A stretch of 64,000 nt of DNA from Adineta vaga (GCA_021613535.1 CP075494.1:7502001-7566000), one strand, 5' to 3'. Positions 40,532 through 54,455 are shown, counted from the first letter of the stretch. A program made the numbers and translations. Notes: generated from the letters alone by a model not told the origin.

Positions 40532-43500
40532 ATGAATAGAATTCAAGTTTATATTTTTTTTCAACTTTTTAACATGGCTACTATGACACTTCTATATCCA
40601 TGTCAATATATTGATTCATCGGAATATATATTTAAGTGTGATTTATGTCAATGTTTATTCTCATCATCATCACGTTTTTGTCCAATAAAATTACCAATCA
40701 ATTGTATGAATGAATCTCATATTGAAATAATTCGTTTCAAACTTCATGATATGACTCGATCTTCAATACAATCAAAAACTCAACTTGAATTACATCATTT
40801 CAATGATAATATATCAACTTTAGAAGACATTTGTACGATAAAAAAATATTCGCAATTAACATTTTTCAATTCAATCGTTTCAAATTTACCCGAATGTTTC
40901 TCCATGATTTCATCCATATATTTCGTTCAATCCATTATTCATCAAAATACATTTTCATCGGAGATATTAATCTTCTATAATTCAACAATAGATTTTTTGG
41001 ATTTTAATTTAACTTCAACGAAACATTTAATTTTACATTCAGTTCAATTTTCACATAAACCATTTCAATTGAAATCTTTAGAAATCTTAACACATTTAAC
41101 AATTACAAATACTGAAGATTTCTATTTACTTGGTTCATATCCACATCTTTCCTATTTAAATTTCGATCATACAAAATTAACTGATAAACATCTAAATAAA
41201 ATATTTGCTCAAACAACAATACCTGATTTAACAACATTGATTCTATCAAATAATCATTTAACATCACTTACTCATCGTTTTCCTTCAACAATACGTTATT
41301 TAGATCTATCAAAAAATCAAATCAAATCTTTAGATTATTATTCTTTCAAATCACTTTATTCATTGAATATATTGAATTTAACTTACAATTCTCCATTAGA
41401 AATTCAACAAGATACATTTACACGTATACCTTATTTAGAAATACTTGATTTAAGTTATACATATCCAACATTACCATTTGAAGATCTATTTTTACCTTTA
41501 CAAAAACTTCGTCATTTAAACATATCGTCAAATTATCTTGATATTCTACCACATTTACCTATACCACATGATGCACATACAATTGAAAGTTATGATCAAC
41601 ATTTACCTGTTCTCTATGTTGATCTTTCGAATAATAATTTTGACAAAATTGATTTCGAAATATTTTCAACATCATCAACTCAAGATAAATATATTCTTTC
41701 ATTAAATATGAATTCAAATCATATAAAAACATTACAATTTTCATCAATCTTATTCAATGATACGAAACGACGTGGTCCATTCATTGAATTAGATTTAACA
41801 AATAATTCTTTAGAATGTGATTGTGATTTATATGAAAGTATTAGTCAATTATTACAAAACAATTCATCATTTCAGAAACAAAGTGCAGGAAATCGTACGT
41901 ATCTAAGATAGTTTTCGTGAATGATTTATTGCATTGCATAATTAGTCGAGTAGAAAATTTGAGAAGTCATTGTCATTGAAGAAAATTGAGATCTCATCTA
42001 CTGATTTCAATACATGACTTTGAGAGATTATATTACCGGAAATATATCGAGATTGGCATGCTCATTTTCTACGACGGAAGTCTAAATGAATTATATGCAG
42101 TCAATTGTGATAAATTACTGTTAGAAAGAAGGTCGATTGTATCGTAAATGATAAAGATTATGATTATTACTTAGAGATAGATGGTATTAATTCTGTATGA
42201 ACGATTGTCTAATTAGTTTGTCACTTTTCAAGTAGAATAAATGAGTAGAAGATGATCGATTTTATCTTATATTTAGCATCAATATTGTCACAATCTACTA
42301 AATTTTATTCGAATCGAATACGTCGTCAACAAAATCTTCTTACATCAACAAATAATCGTATAAAAATCTTACAATTATCGAATTTAACATGTCTCGATCT
42401 ACTTGATTCAACAATTCATCGATCAATCTACGAATTAAGTTCATCGAATAGTTTTTGTTCATATACAAAATCTTGTCCATCAACTTGTTCATGTTGTTTA
42501 ACAACTATTTCATCCAATGATTGTCATTGTTATTCTCAATGTCCAAATCATTGTTCATGTAAACATTCATTTGATCTTACACATAATTCAATCAACTGTT
42601 CAAATCGTCACTTAGATCAAATACCTTTCGATCTTCCTCATTCAATAACACATCTTTATTTAGATAATAATGAAATTAAATATCTCGATCAGAATTTAAC
42701 GTATCTAACACAATTAAAATCTCTTTCCTTAGCAAATAATTCTCTCGAATATCTATCGAATCATAACTTTTTTACAATGAATCGAATGGAAAATTTAGAT
42801 CTATCATCAAATCATATTAAACATATTGACTCGAAAACTTTCGCAAATATGATCAATCTCAAAAAACTTTACCTCCATCATAATGCATGGATACCAAATT
42901 TTTATCATCAAGAAAATATTTTTCAATCCAATATTCGTCTCGATCTTCTCACCTATGGGAATCGATTTACATGTAATCGTTCAACTATCTCTTCAATGAT
43001 TATCAACGAACGACCATTGACACCTGAAGATTGTTGTACAACAGATTTTAGTATTGAATCATGTGAGAAGAAGTTTCGTGTAGATAAATATAATCTTAAA
43101 CATGAAATGAGTTCAACATATTCAAAAACGTTATTACTATTATTATTTTATCAAAAATATATTCTCATTGGTTTAACTTTATTTCTATTTGTATTAATAT
43201 TTACAATAACATTTTATCTCAATCGAAAGAAACAACAGTTTCTAGCAAAAGAAAAACTTCTACTAAATACAGATCTTAAACAACAAACAAATCATTATCA
43301 TACAAAAGGTACATACAAATTTTCTTCATTCAATTTAATTCTTTGTTTAAATTTAGGAATGAAATATAATCAACATGAAAATGATAATTCAATTTCTTAT
43401 ACTGATGAAGATGAATATGCTTCCATACCTTTAACAACATCTCAAACAGATATAAGTTCAATAATTCATTCTCAGACAACGGTTCCTCCACTTCCACCTC

Positions 43501-44060
43501 GACGTCATTTTCTTTCAAATCGTCCGATTTCGCATTCATCAACTGTTTCAACATCCATAACAAATTCGTCCATAAAAAGTCCACATTCTTCATCTCTAAC
43601 AACAACTCATTCATGTTTACAAATTAAACTTGATGTTCTTGTTCTCTATTCAATAACAGATAGTAAATATGTTCATGAATACCTTAGTCAACAATTGGAA
43701 TATACGTATGGTAAACGATTTAGTTTCTATTTTATACATCGTGATCGAATGTTAGGTGAACTGGATTGGTTAATAGAAAATTCTTGTATAACAATATTGA
43801 TTCTACGTAAACCATATCATTTAATTCATGATTATATGAAAATTTTATCAACATATTCATCATTAAAATGTTTTATTATATTAATTAATCATGATCCAAA
43901 TCATCATTTAGTATCGATAAAAGCTCGAGAGAAAATTGCACGATTATATCGAACATCGGATATATATGAATGGAATTCAGATCTAAATTCCTTGATACAT
44001 GAACAATTGGATTTATTTCTTGAACAAAATTGTGGTTCAGCTACTTATGTCACTGATTGA
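40532..44060 (+). CDS. Toll-like receptor (multiple-cysteine-cluster type): signal peptide, LRRs, LRRCT, LRRNT, LRRs, TM, divergent TIR
   Basis: Exons 40532-41894 and 42277-44060, with a probable 48-nt intron at 43309-43356. LxxLxLxxN repeats; NNSLECDCDL; CPNHCSC...INCSNRHLDQIP; TM YILIGLTLFLFVLIFTITFYL. TIR-like boxes LDVLVLYS, FYFIHRDRMLG, IENSCITILIL, IYEW. Confidence 0.8.
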
Positions 44061-44168
44061 TATTTCAAATTTGAACGTTTTTTGCCGGTGCTGTCATAGT
44101 TTAGACATATGTTTTTTTCTTCTCCTTGTTCTGCTTGTTTGTATGTATATCTATGGTTTTCTATAAAA

Positions 44169-44200
44169 AAAAGAAAGAAAGAAAGAAAGAAAGAAAGAAA
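44169..44200 (+). repeat. (AAAG)n microsatellite between the TLR-like and TIR-SAM genes
   Basis: aaagaaagaaagaaagaaagaaagaaagaaa. Confidence 0.8.
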
Positions 44201-44610
44201 AGAAATTAATTTCGCTATTTTTAATTCAAAGTAAATATCATTAATCGGAATGGTTTCTTTTCCATACAAGCAAAATTGATTGTCAGTTATAAAAAGAAAA
44301 CTTAGAAAAATATTAGAATAAATTAACATATTAATGAATATTCTATTTGAAAACTTTAGTATTTATCTCCATTAGAACATGGATTTTCTTTCATAGAAGA
44401 AGAAGAAGTAAACTTGTCGACGATTAACAAACAACTTTAATGTGACACTTCACATCTTTCAACCTTCATGTCTGTATCAGAAGGCAAAATAAACTTACTA
44501 GACACTTGAATATACTGATGGATTCAATTAGAACTCTCTCTCTCTCTTTTTTGTATGTTTCTCTTCCATCAACCTGCGAGTCAATATGTACATAGAGATG
44601 AATTGAAATA

Positions 44611-47303
44611 ATGTCTGTTTGTTCTTTTTCGATCCATTCACATACGAATTGTTCTCTTGGCAATGATTGTCATTTGACATACGACGTGAAACAAAAAGAA
44701 ATGAATGAAATTCGTCAATTGTGTACCACATCTGCATCACCTGGCAAACATCTCGATGAAATTCTTGGACTTTTTCAAGCATGTCCACCACAATATCGTC
44801 TGCCATCATTATCACTTATTTGTCAATCAATATCTTGTATGTCGATTGAACAATTGGATATTAATATTATTAATCATCAATTGTTTTTTGTTATACGACA
44901 ATCTTCTGAACGTTTACTTCTATCATGGTTAACGAATGGATCATTAAATGGTCATGAATATCGAGCAATATTTTATATCTATCAATTATTTAAACTTTTA
45001 TCGGAATGGTTAATCGAACAAGATCAAATGATTGTGGATATGAAAACAAAAGAATTGATCAAACGAATTATAAAGAATCTTTTTCTTGATGAGAATTTTA
45101 TTGAAATCTTATGTCGAGTTATTCATCAATTGATTCATTATGAAAATGATGAACAACGTAGTACAATTAACAGTCCGATATTGGTAAGTTCTATGAAATT
45201 TCACTTTCCTTTCTTAAGATTTTATTTCTCTTTTTTGAAAAAGAATGATGAAAATCATGTTTCACCCGATGATATTCATCTACAAACTCATATATCAGAT
45301 ATTCAAGCTGAACAAACAGATATTCTCGATGTTTTGTTTCGTTGTGTGAATTCTTTAGTAGTTCTTTATACTCATCCAATTCTATTAAATAGTTCAATCG
45401 TCGATAAAAATCTTACACCTTGTATAATTAATTGTCTTAATACATCATTATTTCTTCAACTTGCCACAGATTTCTTACGTGAAAATATGACCAATGATCA
45501 AATCAATATTCAATCGATCTTTCTTATATTTACTTGTTTAGATTATTGTATTCTATCAGCGATTACCATGTCAACTTTACGATTACTTCCATCCATTCGT
45601 GATATCTTTCATATTTGGTCGGAAATTCCTCATACAGATATATCACCATTGATTATTCGTCTTATTCGTTTTCTTAATCAATTAACACTAGCTGATTCCG
45701 ATGCAATTATACGTGAAAATCTTTGTTCATATCTCCTATCATCTTTTGAAATTCTTTGTCAAACATCGAATTTAATTGATGAAATTGCGTCGATACTTGT
45801 TAAACTTTGTTCAACAAATCTTGGAAGAAAACATTTACGTCATTTAGGTTTTGTTCAATGTATTCTATATGGAACAAAACGTTATATACAATTATGGCGT
45901 CCATTAGCATTGTTAATAACATTACAAGATTTACATGAAACATCGTTTTTAAAACGATTAATTCATTTATTAATTCAACGAACTATTCATCTTTTTCAAT
46001 CATTAACAATAGAATCCAATGATACATCATTTGATTCGACATCACCATCATCAAAACATCAAGTAATAGAAATTACAATTGAATGGTTGATTTTATTACG
46101 TACGAATTTCTTAATCTTTTCTGTAATTGTCGATGGTTTAATTAATTCAACACGAAAAGTTAATTTCATTAATATTCTAATCGATACAATTCTATCGATT
46201 CAACAAGATGAAGATATTCATCCAAAATTAATCGATACTATGATTGAATTTCTATGGATTTTTGTTTTTAGTACAACAACAAATATTTCTGATAGTTTAC
46301 AAAAACGTACTGATTTGGGTCTATGGTTAAAAACGAATATGACAGATTCATTACCAAATATACGTTTAACATCACAAGGCATTCTTTCAACTTTAGATTT
46401 CAATAACAAAACTCTAAGTAAATCACATGCTTTTTCTCTCGAACATAATTTTATTCAAAAGAAATTCTAGATCGTTCAACTCTCAATCGTCGTTCTTCAA
46501 ATTCAACAAGTAATATCATTTGTATGATCAATGCAGATGATTCACATCGTGATTTATGTTTCACACTTCGTGATCGTTTGCAAATTGAACAACAATATTC
46601 TGTTGAACTTCTACAAACATCAACATGTCAATCAATCGAATCTGTTATTCAACTTCTTAATCGTTCATCTCTCGGTCTTTTCTGTGTCAATTCATCGATG
46701 AAAAGTGATAATCTATCGCATTTTATCTACCATTATATTTCATTTCAAACACATAAAATTCCTTTATTAACCATTCTTACTGAACAAGATTGTGAATTGA
46801 ATGGAAATTGGTTAGAGAATATTCCAATAGTTGATAAACAATCGATTCTAAAACAAATTCGACGATATTTAAATCAGAATGATGAAAGTTATCTTCATCC
46901 GACAAGTCATTTAAGTGACATACATAATCAATCAGGAAATTATTCTCAACGTCCAATATCTTACTGGACAGCAGATGATGTGACACAATGGTGCGAAGCA
47001 ACACCAGGTAATTTCGAAACATTACGACCATTAGTCAAACGTTTGAATGGTCCTGGACTTGTTCATCTTGCGGAAATTTTATCCATTGAACCAGCATCGA
47101 TGTATCATAGTTTAAATAGTGAATTAATTCAACGAACAGGTGCCAATGTTCCATTAACAGATTATGTTTCCTTACGAAGTGAATTACAACGATTATTAAT
47201 TCAAAAACATAATGAACATATTCCGCAAAATCCTCTTAATAATAAAACGAATAAACCAAAGAAGAGAAGATGGAAACGAAGTCGTTTTTGTACGATAATT
47301 TAA
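44611..47303 (+). CDS. Helical (ARM-like) + degenerate TIR + SAM-like protein with a C-terminal polybasic CaaX motif
   Basis: Exons 44611-45183, 45244-46417, 46471-47303. Leu-rich helical N-terminal two-thirds. TIR_2-like ICMINADDSHRDLCFTLRDRL...LNRSSLGLFCVNSSMK...KIPLLTIL...GNWL. SAM-like ISYWTADDVTQWC...LNGPGLVHL. Ends KPKKRRWKRSRFCTII*. Confidence 0.68.
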
Positions 47304-50300
47304 TGTTATTTGTCAGATACGAAATAAAATGTTTGTCTCATCTGATCATTCTTCAGATTTGCAAGAATTAAAAATTCATCTTCATAATACTATAGTACGC
47401 TTTCCAGATATTTCTGTTGATCAAAACATATGCGAAGGCGACTATTAATTAAGTGTCTGGAAAACAAAGACAGAAACCTTCGAAATTACAAAGTAATCAT
47501 TTTCTTATTTACGGAGGTGGATCAATTGTTGTCGATAATAGTTCTTTGAACTTTTTTACTTAAAATTAGAAATAAATCAAACTGCATTTTAAATCAAAAC
47601 ATTAATTTAGAAGTGCCGAATGAATTTTCTCATACAAAGTAACTTATTTTGATATTCTAAGTCACTTATTACAATTTAAGACACAAAGCTGTTATTAATT
47701 TTCATTGTAATCTCAGATCTTATTGCAAGTAATTAAACAAGAGATTTTGTATTGAAGAAAAGATAATTAATTATACTATTATCAAAGATTTCGAGTGACG
47801 TTTAGGAAAAGATGAAAATCATTTTCAAGATGTTATTAAGTGTCATTCGATCATTGTGTTAAACAATGTCCTAAAGCTATCAAATAGTGTGACGTCAAGA
47901 AAATGACAAACTAATTGGTCCTAATCTAGGCTTTTAGCGTATTGTCAGTTTATAAACATATGACTGACATATTCTGATGATTTTTTACATCTATTGACGA
48001 TGCTTTTACAATAGAAAGATCTCTGTGAGAAATATTTGCTGTTTTTCTTTGTCAACATTCTGTTAGTCATTCATTTAACTGTAACAATTCAATGTCATTC
48101 TTGTCAATGATGAGTTATTGGATGTTTTATTTATGTTTCAACGTCAATGTGCATTCGGAAAGAATTATTCATTCATAAACTTATAGGTATTGTGATTTAC
48201 TTGAACTATTCTATAGAGAGAATGTACTTTAGATAAGTAAATTTAATCATATCTCTTGAGTATATAGTTAAGTATAATCCATACGAGAAAACAATATCAG
48301 TAATCAACACAGTTAGACTTGTATTGAAAGGCTATTATTATGATGTAGAACTCTTTTTTCTCCCTTGTCGATAGATATTTATAGTTATATTTATGCTTTT
48401 GTAGATGTATTTCGGAAATATATTTCAGAAGGATGAGACAGACAACATATCGTCTTTTTCTTTCTTTTGTCATTGTCACGATATTGATGATAGATGCTTT
48501 TATTGTTAAGAGCTTGACTGAATTCTAATCACATCGTTGATAGAAAAGAAGCCAGAAAGAACAACTTGACAAATGTGTTTGATTTATATTTCGTATGTAT
48601 ACAAGAAGGAGATGATTTTATTTTGATAATGTACATCGTTTTTTTGTATTTTCTGTTGTTGATGGATATTTATTCATGTAAACGCCTTCGAAATTTTTAC
48701 TATTAGCTATGTTTTACGAGTATATTTATGTAAGAGCTTCTTATCTATTTTTGTATATACATTACAAACAGAGATAATATAAATGATAAGCAAGCTATTA
48801 ATATCATAAAAGAGCATATATTTATTCATGCAGAAAACTATATTCGATTTTGGTCATTTCTATCTTCTCTTTCTCTATGTCTCTCGATTGTTCGTATAGG
48901 AAACTTGCTTATTACTTCTAAACACAACAAGAGAACAATACTAAGAAGTAATATATCTGAAGAGAGCGAGAAAAGAAATCTTTAGTCATCGACATGGATA
49001 TTTTGTTAACGGAAGAGAAAAGTGAGCCTAAAATAACAATAATAACCCATCGTAATATTAACAATAAAAAAAACAATTGATTATGGGGGCGTGAAGCTGT
49101 TTTTTTCAAAAGGAGAAAGAGACAGTCGTCATTAAGAGTTTGTCCTTCTTCTTTTTTTCTTCTTTCTATTAAAAAAACGGATGATAATGTAAAAGATAGA
49201 AGCTTGAATGAGAAACATGAAGAAAATGTTGATGATTTTTCCATATTGAACATAGAAATGTCTTTTCTCTGATCTTTTTTGACGTTATGTTTTGTTCTTT
49301 ATTCTAATAATAAATGCAACAAGAAGTTGCATCAATCGAAGGAAAAGAAGCAGAAGAAAAAGACGAAGATTAGGTAGGAATAGGACACATCTAGATTCAT
49401 TAGATTAGAAATCTTGAAAAGTATCCATAGCTGATTTCACAAGTTTAATAGTGTTAAAATTATAAATCATTAGAATAATAAATAACGAGAATCTCGATAT
49501 TCTTTTGTGCTCTCTTATTTCTTAGATGGCAATGACATTAAACTCATCTGACGTTGAATGCCACTTTTCTGCCTTCGTTTTTTTTTCTTCTTCTCTCACC
49601 AAAATTCTTCTCATATACATTAGATTGTTCTTCTATATATATCGAGACAGAAATGCAGCTGTATATCGTTGATAGAACTATTGATTAACTAGAACAGCAT
49701 CATATCTAATTGATATCTTGTCTTTTCCTCTAATGTGTAAATTAGATTTGAAACTGTTTTATTTCATTCAATAGAGTTTTTTTATTGAAATAATTGATCG
49801 ATGGGCAGATTTTCTGTAAGGTATCAGTTTGTCATATGTAATTGGTGACAGTTTTTTTTCTCATTTATTTTTAAATAAAAAATATGTTGTGTCAAACAGT
49901 TAAGATGGATACATATACATTCATTAGATAGAACCGAATTATCGTAGGAGAATCGATAAATTTTTAAGTTTTCATAGAGGCAAGAAAATAAGAAAATTAA
50001 GTCAACAAGTGATCATTAAAGAACCGCTTAATAATAATTGCTATGCGTTGTACTATCGAGCGTCCGGAAATCAAACGTTGATAGAAGAGTTTTCTTTTTG
50101 AGATTTCTTATTAAGGTGTTGACAGTCATTACTCTCAATATTCGAGAATTTTTCTTCTCATTTTGAAGAAAATTCTTATTTACTCATGTTATATATATAT
50201 TTGAATATATTCGTCCTAAGTTCGACTGTTGTTTGCGATTTAATAGACATGAATAAACTAGTAGGCAGAGAGAACGAGAGACGCCGTAAATGAGAATGAT

Positions 50301-50560
50301 ATATATATATATATATATAGGAGGCAAAAAAATCCAAGGAGCAAGAGAATAAAGAGAAAATAGAAGATGACTCGGGGGAAATAAGCAATGTGTCATGATG
50401 AAAAAAAAAGAAAATCTTCGTCGATGTCTTCTCTACGTTGTTAAATAAATACTTTCCAAGGAAGATCGACGCGTTAACTTGATTACAGTTAACTGCATAT
50501 CTGTTTTGCTACTATTTTTATCAAAAATATCAACTTCTTTCTTTTCTTTTAGAGCCAAGT

Positions 50561-52307
50561 ATGACAAAATTATCCTTTGTAATTTTCTTTACGCTATTAA
50601 TACACATTAATGATGCATACGTGAATACAACGGATGAATTATCATTTATGTTTAATTCAACTAGTTCCAATCGAACAGTATTAACTTCTCAAGTGTTAAG
50701 ACAACCGACACGACAAGCAACATATCTCGGTGCAATACTTGCATTTGTTTTTATTTTCTTTGGTCTGATTGGAAATATTCTTCTTATAACAACAATACTC
50801 TCTGTGAAGAAACTTCGAATAAATATTATCAATATTTTCATCGTTTCGGTAAGATATCATTCGTAGACATCTTGGCAAACGATTTGAATCAGCTCTTGTT
50901 TTTTTTTATACAAAAGTTATATCTGTATGTTTATATATATATACATCCAACACTTCCGTTTCTTCTTCGTCGTCTTCAATAGAAGTAATCAGAATGAAGT
51001 CAGCATACCGGAAATCATTTTCATATCTAATAGTACGATCATGTACCTTGATAACAACGCATCATAATACGAGTCATGTTATGAATTGAATAGAAATTTT
51101 TTGACGATAGAAAATCTGTTTTGTATTTGCTTGAATAAATAGAAGAGAGTATATCGAGAGATAGGAACTGTTGAGCTTACTTTTTTTCCGCATTTTATAA
51201 TGATTTAATCAACCAGAAAAAAAGCTTTTATTTCCGTTTTTTTTGTAAGAGAAGAAAAAGGAAAGATTTTTTATATCAGATGATAAAACTGTGGAATTAG
51301 CTTAAAAGATTTCACTTAACCAAACTAAAATTAGTCTTTCCGATTGATTTCGAATGTGATAATTATGTTTTCTTTTCTAGTTGCAATTCAATGATTTACT
51401 TAATATTGGTTTCAATCAACTTTTTGTTGGACTTTCCTATGCAAATCATCATTGGGTTGGTGGCCCGTTGATTTGCAAATTAGTTGTCTATTTTTCAACT
51501 GTTTGCATGGGTTGTCTTCTTTGGCATCATTGTCTAATTGCTATACATCGATTAATTGTTGTTGTTTATCCATCTCTATTACGTCGTATGTCTGTCAAAA
51601 CTTATGTGATTGTTTCACTTGTCATTACTCGAATTTTGCCGATTATTTGTTGTATTCCATCATTTGCAACTTATTCAATTGAATATTCACCTCAAGCATT
51701 ACGATGTTCCATAAGAAATAAAGTACAAATATTTATTAATTTAACTGTTTTAATCATTTTACCCAATGTGATTATTATTTTTTGTTTTCTGGGCATTTTC
51801 TTTCATGTTTATCATGCATCATATTCAAGTGGAAGAACAAATACACCTTCAACATCTGTTTCACATTCATTAAGACGTGAAATACGTATTACAAAGATGT
51901 TTGCCGTTTTATTCACATTATTCTTTCTTGGCTATCATCCCTATGGATTCATACGTGCGTATGATAAACGTCGTCAATTACATCCGGATATATTTGTTTT
52001 ATTAACACTACTCTATTGTATATCAATATGTGCCTCACCATTTGTCTACGGAATAATGAATAATCAACTACGTCATGAATGTATGCGAGTGATTTTTAAT
52101 TGTTGGCATTGTCAAAAAATTGATGATTATAGAAAATATTCACATGGTCGATTAAATTCAACGGTAACAACCGCATTAACCGTTGTTAATGATGGAGGTG
52201 ATGATGGTCGAGCTAGTCCATCAACAGCATCAATGTATGAATTATCGTGTAAAACCATACGAAAAAAGACTTCAAGTGTATCAAGATTTGATACTGCTCA
52301 TATTTAA
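50561..52307 (+). CDS. Rhodopsin-like (class A) GPCR, Tre1/Moody/melatonin-receptor-like
   Basis: Exons 50561-50848 and 51381-52307. Signal peptide; TM1 GLIGN; NIFIVSLQFNDLL; LIAIHRL (DRY position); REIRITKMF; SPFVYGIMN. Confidence 0.85.
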
Positions 52308-54455
52308 ATAAATTTTGTTTGTTTGTTTGTTTGTGTTTCTATTTTATATAAATATCGATGAAATGACGTTCCGGAATATTTTATATCAAATCTTTTCTTG
52401 TTTTATTTTCTAAATGATGATGCTGAAATGATTTGCAAAGCATATAAACCAAGATCGAATTAGAACAAACCAATAAGTTTATTCCGATATTAATCCAATC
52501 AGAGCTTCATATTCCCAAAGCATCATCAACTGTAAACATTGAAGCTTAGCGATGATTCAATCATGTTAGTTTAAACGATAGAAACTTATAAATTTCCTTT
52601 ACATTATTTTTTACATTAGTATCTACAATAACCACATTGATGCTATTTTTATAACTATACAATCTGAAAACAGATGAATCCTTGCATGTTCGTGATAAAA
52701 ACTTGATCTGAAATGGTTTGAATAGTAGTGTTAGTAGTAGAGTAGTTCTTCTCTATCAACAGATACTTGCTTAAGTCATATATTTGTTCAAAATAAACTA
52801 TTATCCCCAGAAGCGCATTGAAGAAGAGAAGTTGAATAGAACAATAATAATGTTTCGTGTCTTTATGAATTACTGTAACCAGTCATTTAAAAGAAAAAGA
52901 TTTCTTTTCCATTGCATGATACAAGAACTCACTTTATATTTCAGCTCATTTTCACAGTTATATAAGAAGTAATTCACAAAATGTTCTTCATTTCTTTTGT
53001 AATACTTTAATGTAATTGACAGTTCCATCAGCATCATCATCATCATTTTCAAACTAATTTATTTGTTTTATATATCAATCAACTAGATCTTTTTTTTTAT
53101 AAGTATATATGATAATCAAAATCATGATTAGAATACTCTCCATTAGTCTTTATTTCTCCTAGAACAACGTTTCTCTATTAACGATCGAGCTCATCAAGAA
53201 TATATTAAATAGCTTTTGTTCAAGATGAACAAGGACAAAAACTTCAATTGTTAAGTAAGAATCGGCATGTTGTTTGAAGACGAAATCTATTCCAGTCATT
53301 TTGACATTGAATATAATTTATCATCATGACCAACTATGCATCAATTTTCATAGATTCAAACAATGCTTGCACTTCGTATAATTAAAATTCATTGCCAAAG
53401 GCGAAGTGCCAAATTTGCATATCCAACTTATTAACCACGTATTAAAGATCAGAAGCAAATGCTTTGCACCAATTATCACTGTTTATTCTGCCGTATAGAA
53501 TACGAAATTAGATATGTACGTTGAACATTGATAGTGAAAGATGTATCGAATGATTTTTGATCTTCTATGTTGTTTAAAGATTTATGACTTTTTTGTCTAT
53601 GAATATATTTTTATGACAATGTTGTTATACAGTTCGATGTTTAGTTTTATAGTCCTATCAGAATTATGAAAAATCATTTGCTTGAATGATGTAAACGGTC
53701 AAACAAAAGAAAAAAAAGTCCAACTTTCGTTTATTAATTCTACTTTTCTTTTCGATCGCATTGTCTAATACAAGGCTAACGTATTGCGTAAAGTTTATTT
53801 ATTTCTATGAAGAAGTTGACTTAACTTATCTCTCACACTCAATCACATCTATTAAGTAAATATGATTTATTAATATTGATTGAATAGATAATTTGTTTCA
53901 ATTAATTTATATTCGTATACCGAATACATTATTCTTGTACGATATAATTCAGTTAAGAAGTGTATATATTCGATTGAGTAACGATTACATCATCATCTTT
54001 GAACATAAGTAGAGAACAAATTTCGTTTCGTTCGTTATAATATTGACCTTATTCGAACACTTCTTGTCATTGAACTTCTTGCTAAGTCAGAATGTGACCG
54101 ATGGGATTGATCACATTCCAATCGAACATATGCAATCGATTAATTAACAATTATTCTCTCCAAGATGAAAAGGTTATGTTGATGGATATTAATTGTATAG
54201 AATAGAGACAATACATATATGTATTGATGTTCGATTTTATGAAAAAAAAGAAAATGGATGAAGAGAAGAGAAGAGAAGAGAAATAAAAGTAGGCGAGATG
54301 GAGAGTAAAAGAGATTAGAATACCACAAAGTGGTGCATACTATTTGTTGTCAGGGTGAACGAACAAATAAGATTGATTATAAGAAGAGTCGGTCAATACT
54401 TCTCTTCTCTCCTCTCCTTCTCTCGACAGAAACACTTTCTTCTTGACATATAACT

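Noticed and set aside
47350-50500. Short ORFs in long AT-rich intergenic tracts (also 11300-13500, 15100-16900, 37700-40300, 60100-64000)
   Set aside because: Phe/Lys/Ile-rich translations of poly-T/A and microsatellite DNA, with no domain motifs or consistent splice structure.
52480-53480. Short coding-looking patches (e.g. AFVQDEQGQKLQLL)
   Set aside because: Interrupted by stops and too short to assign; possibly decayed gene debris.
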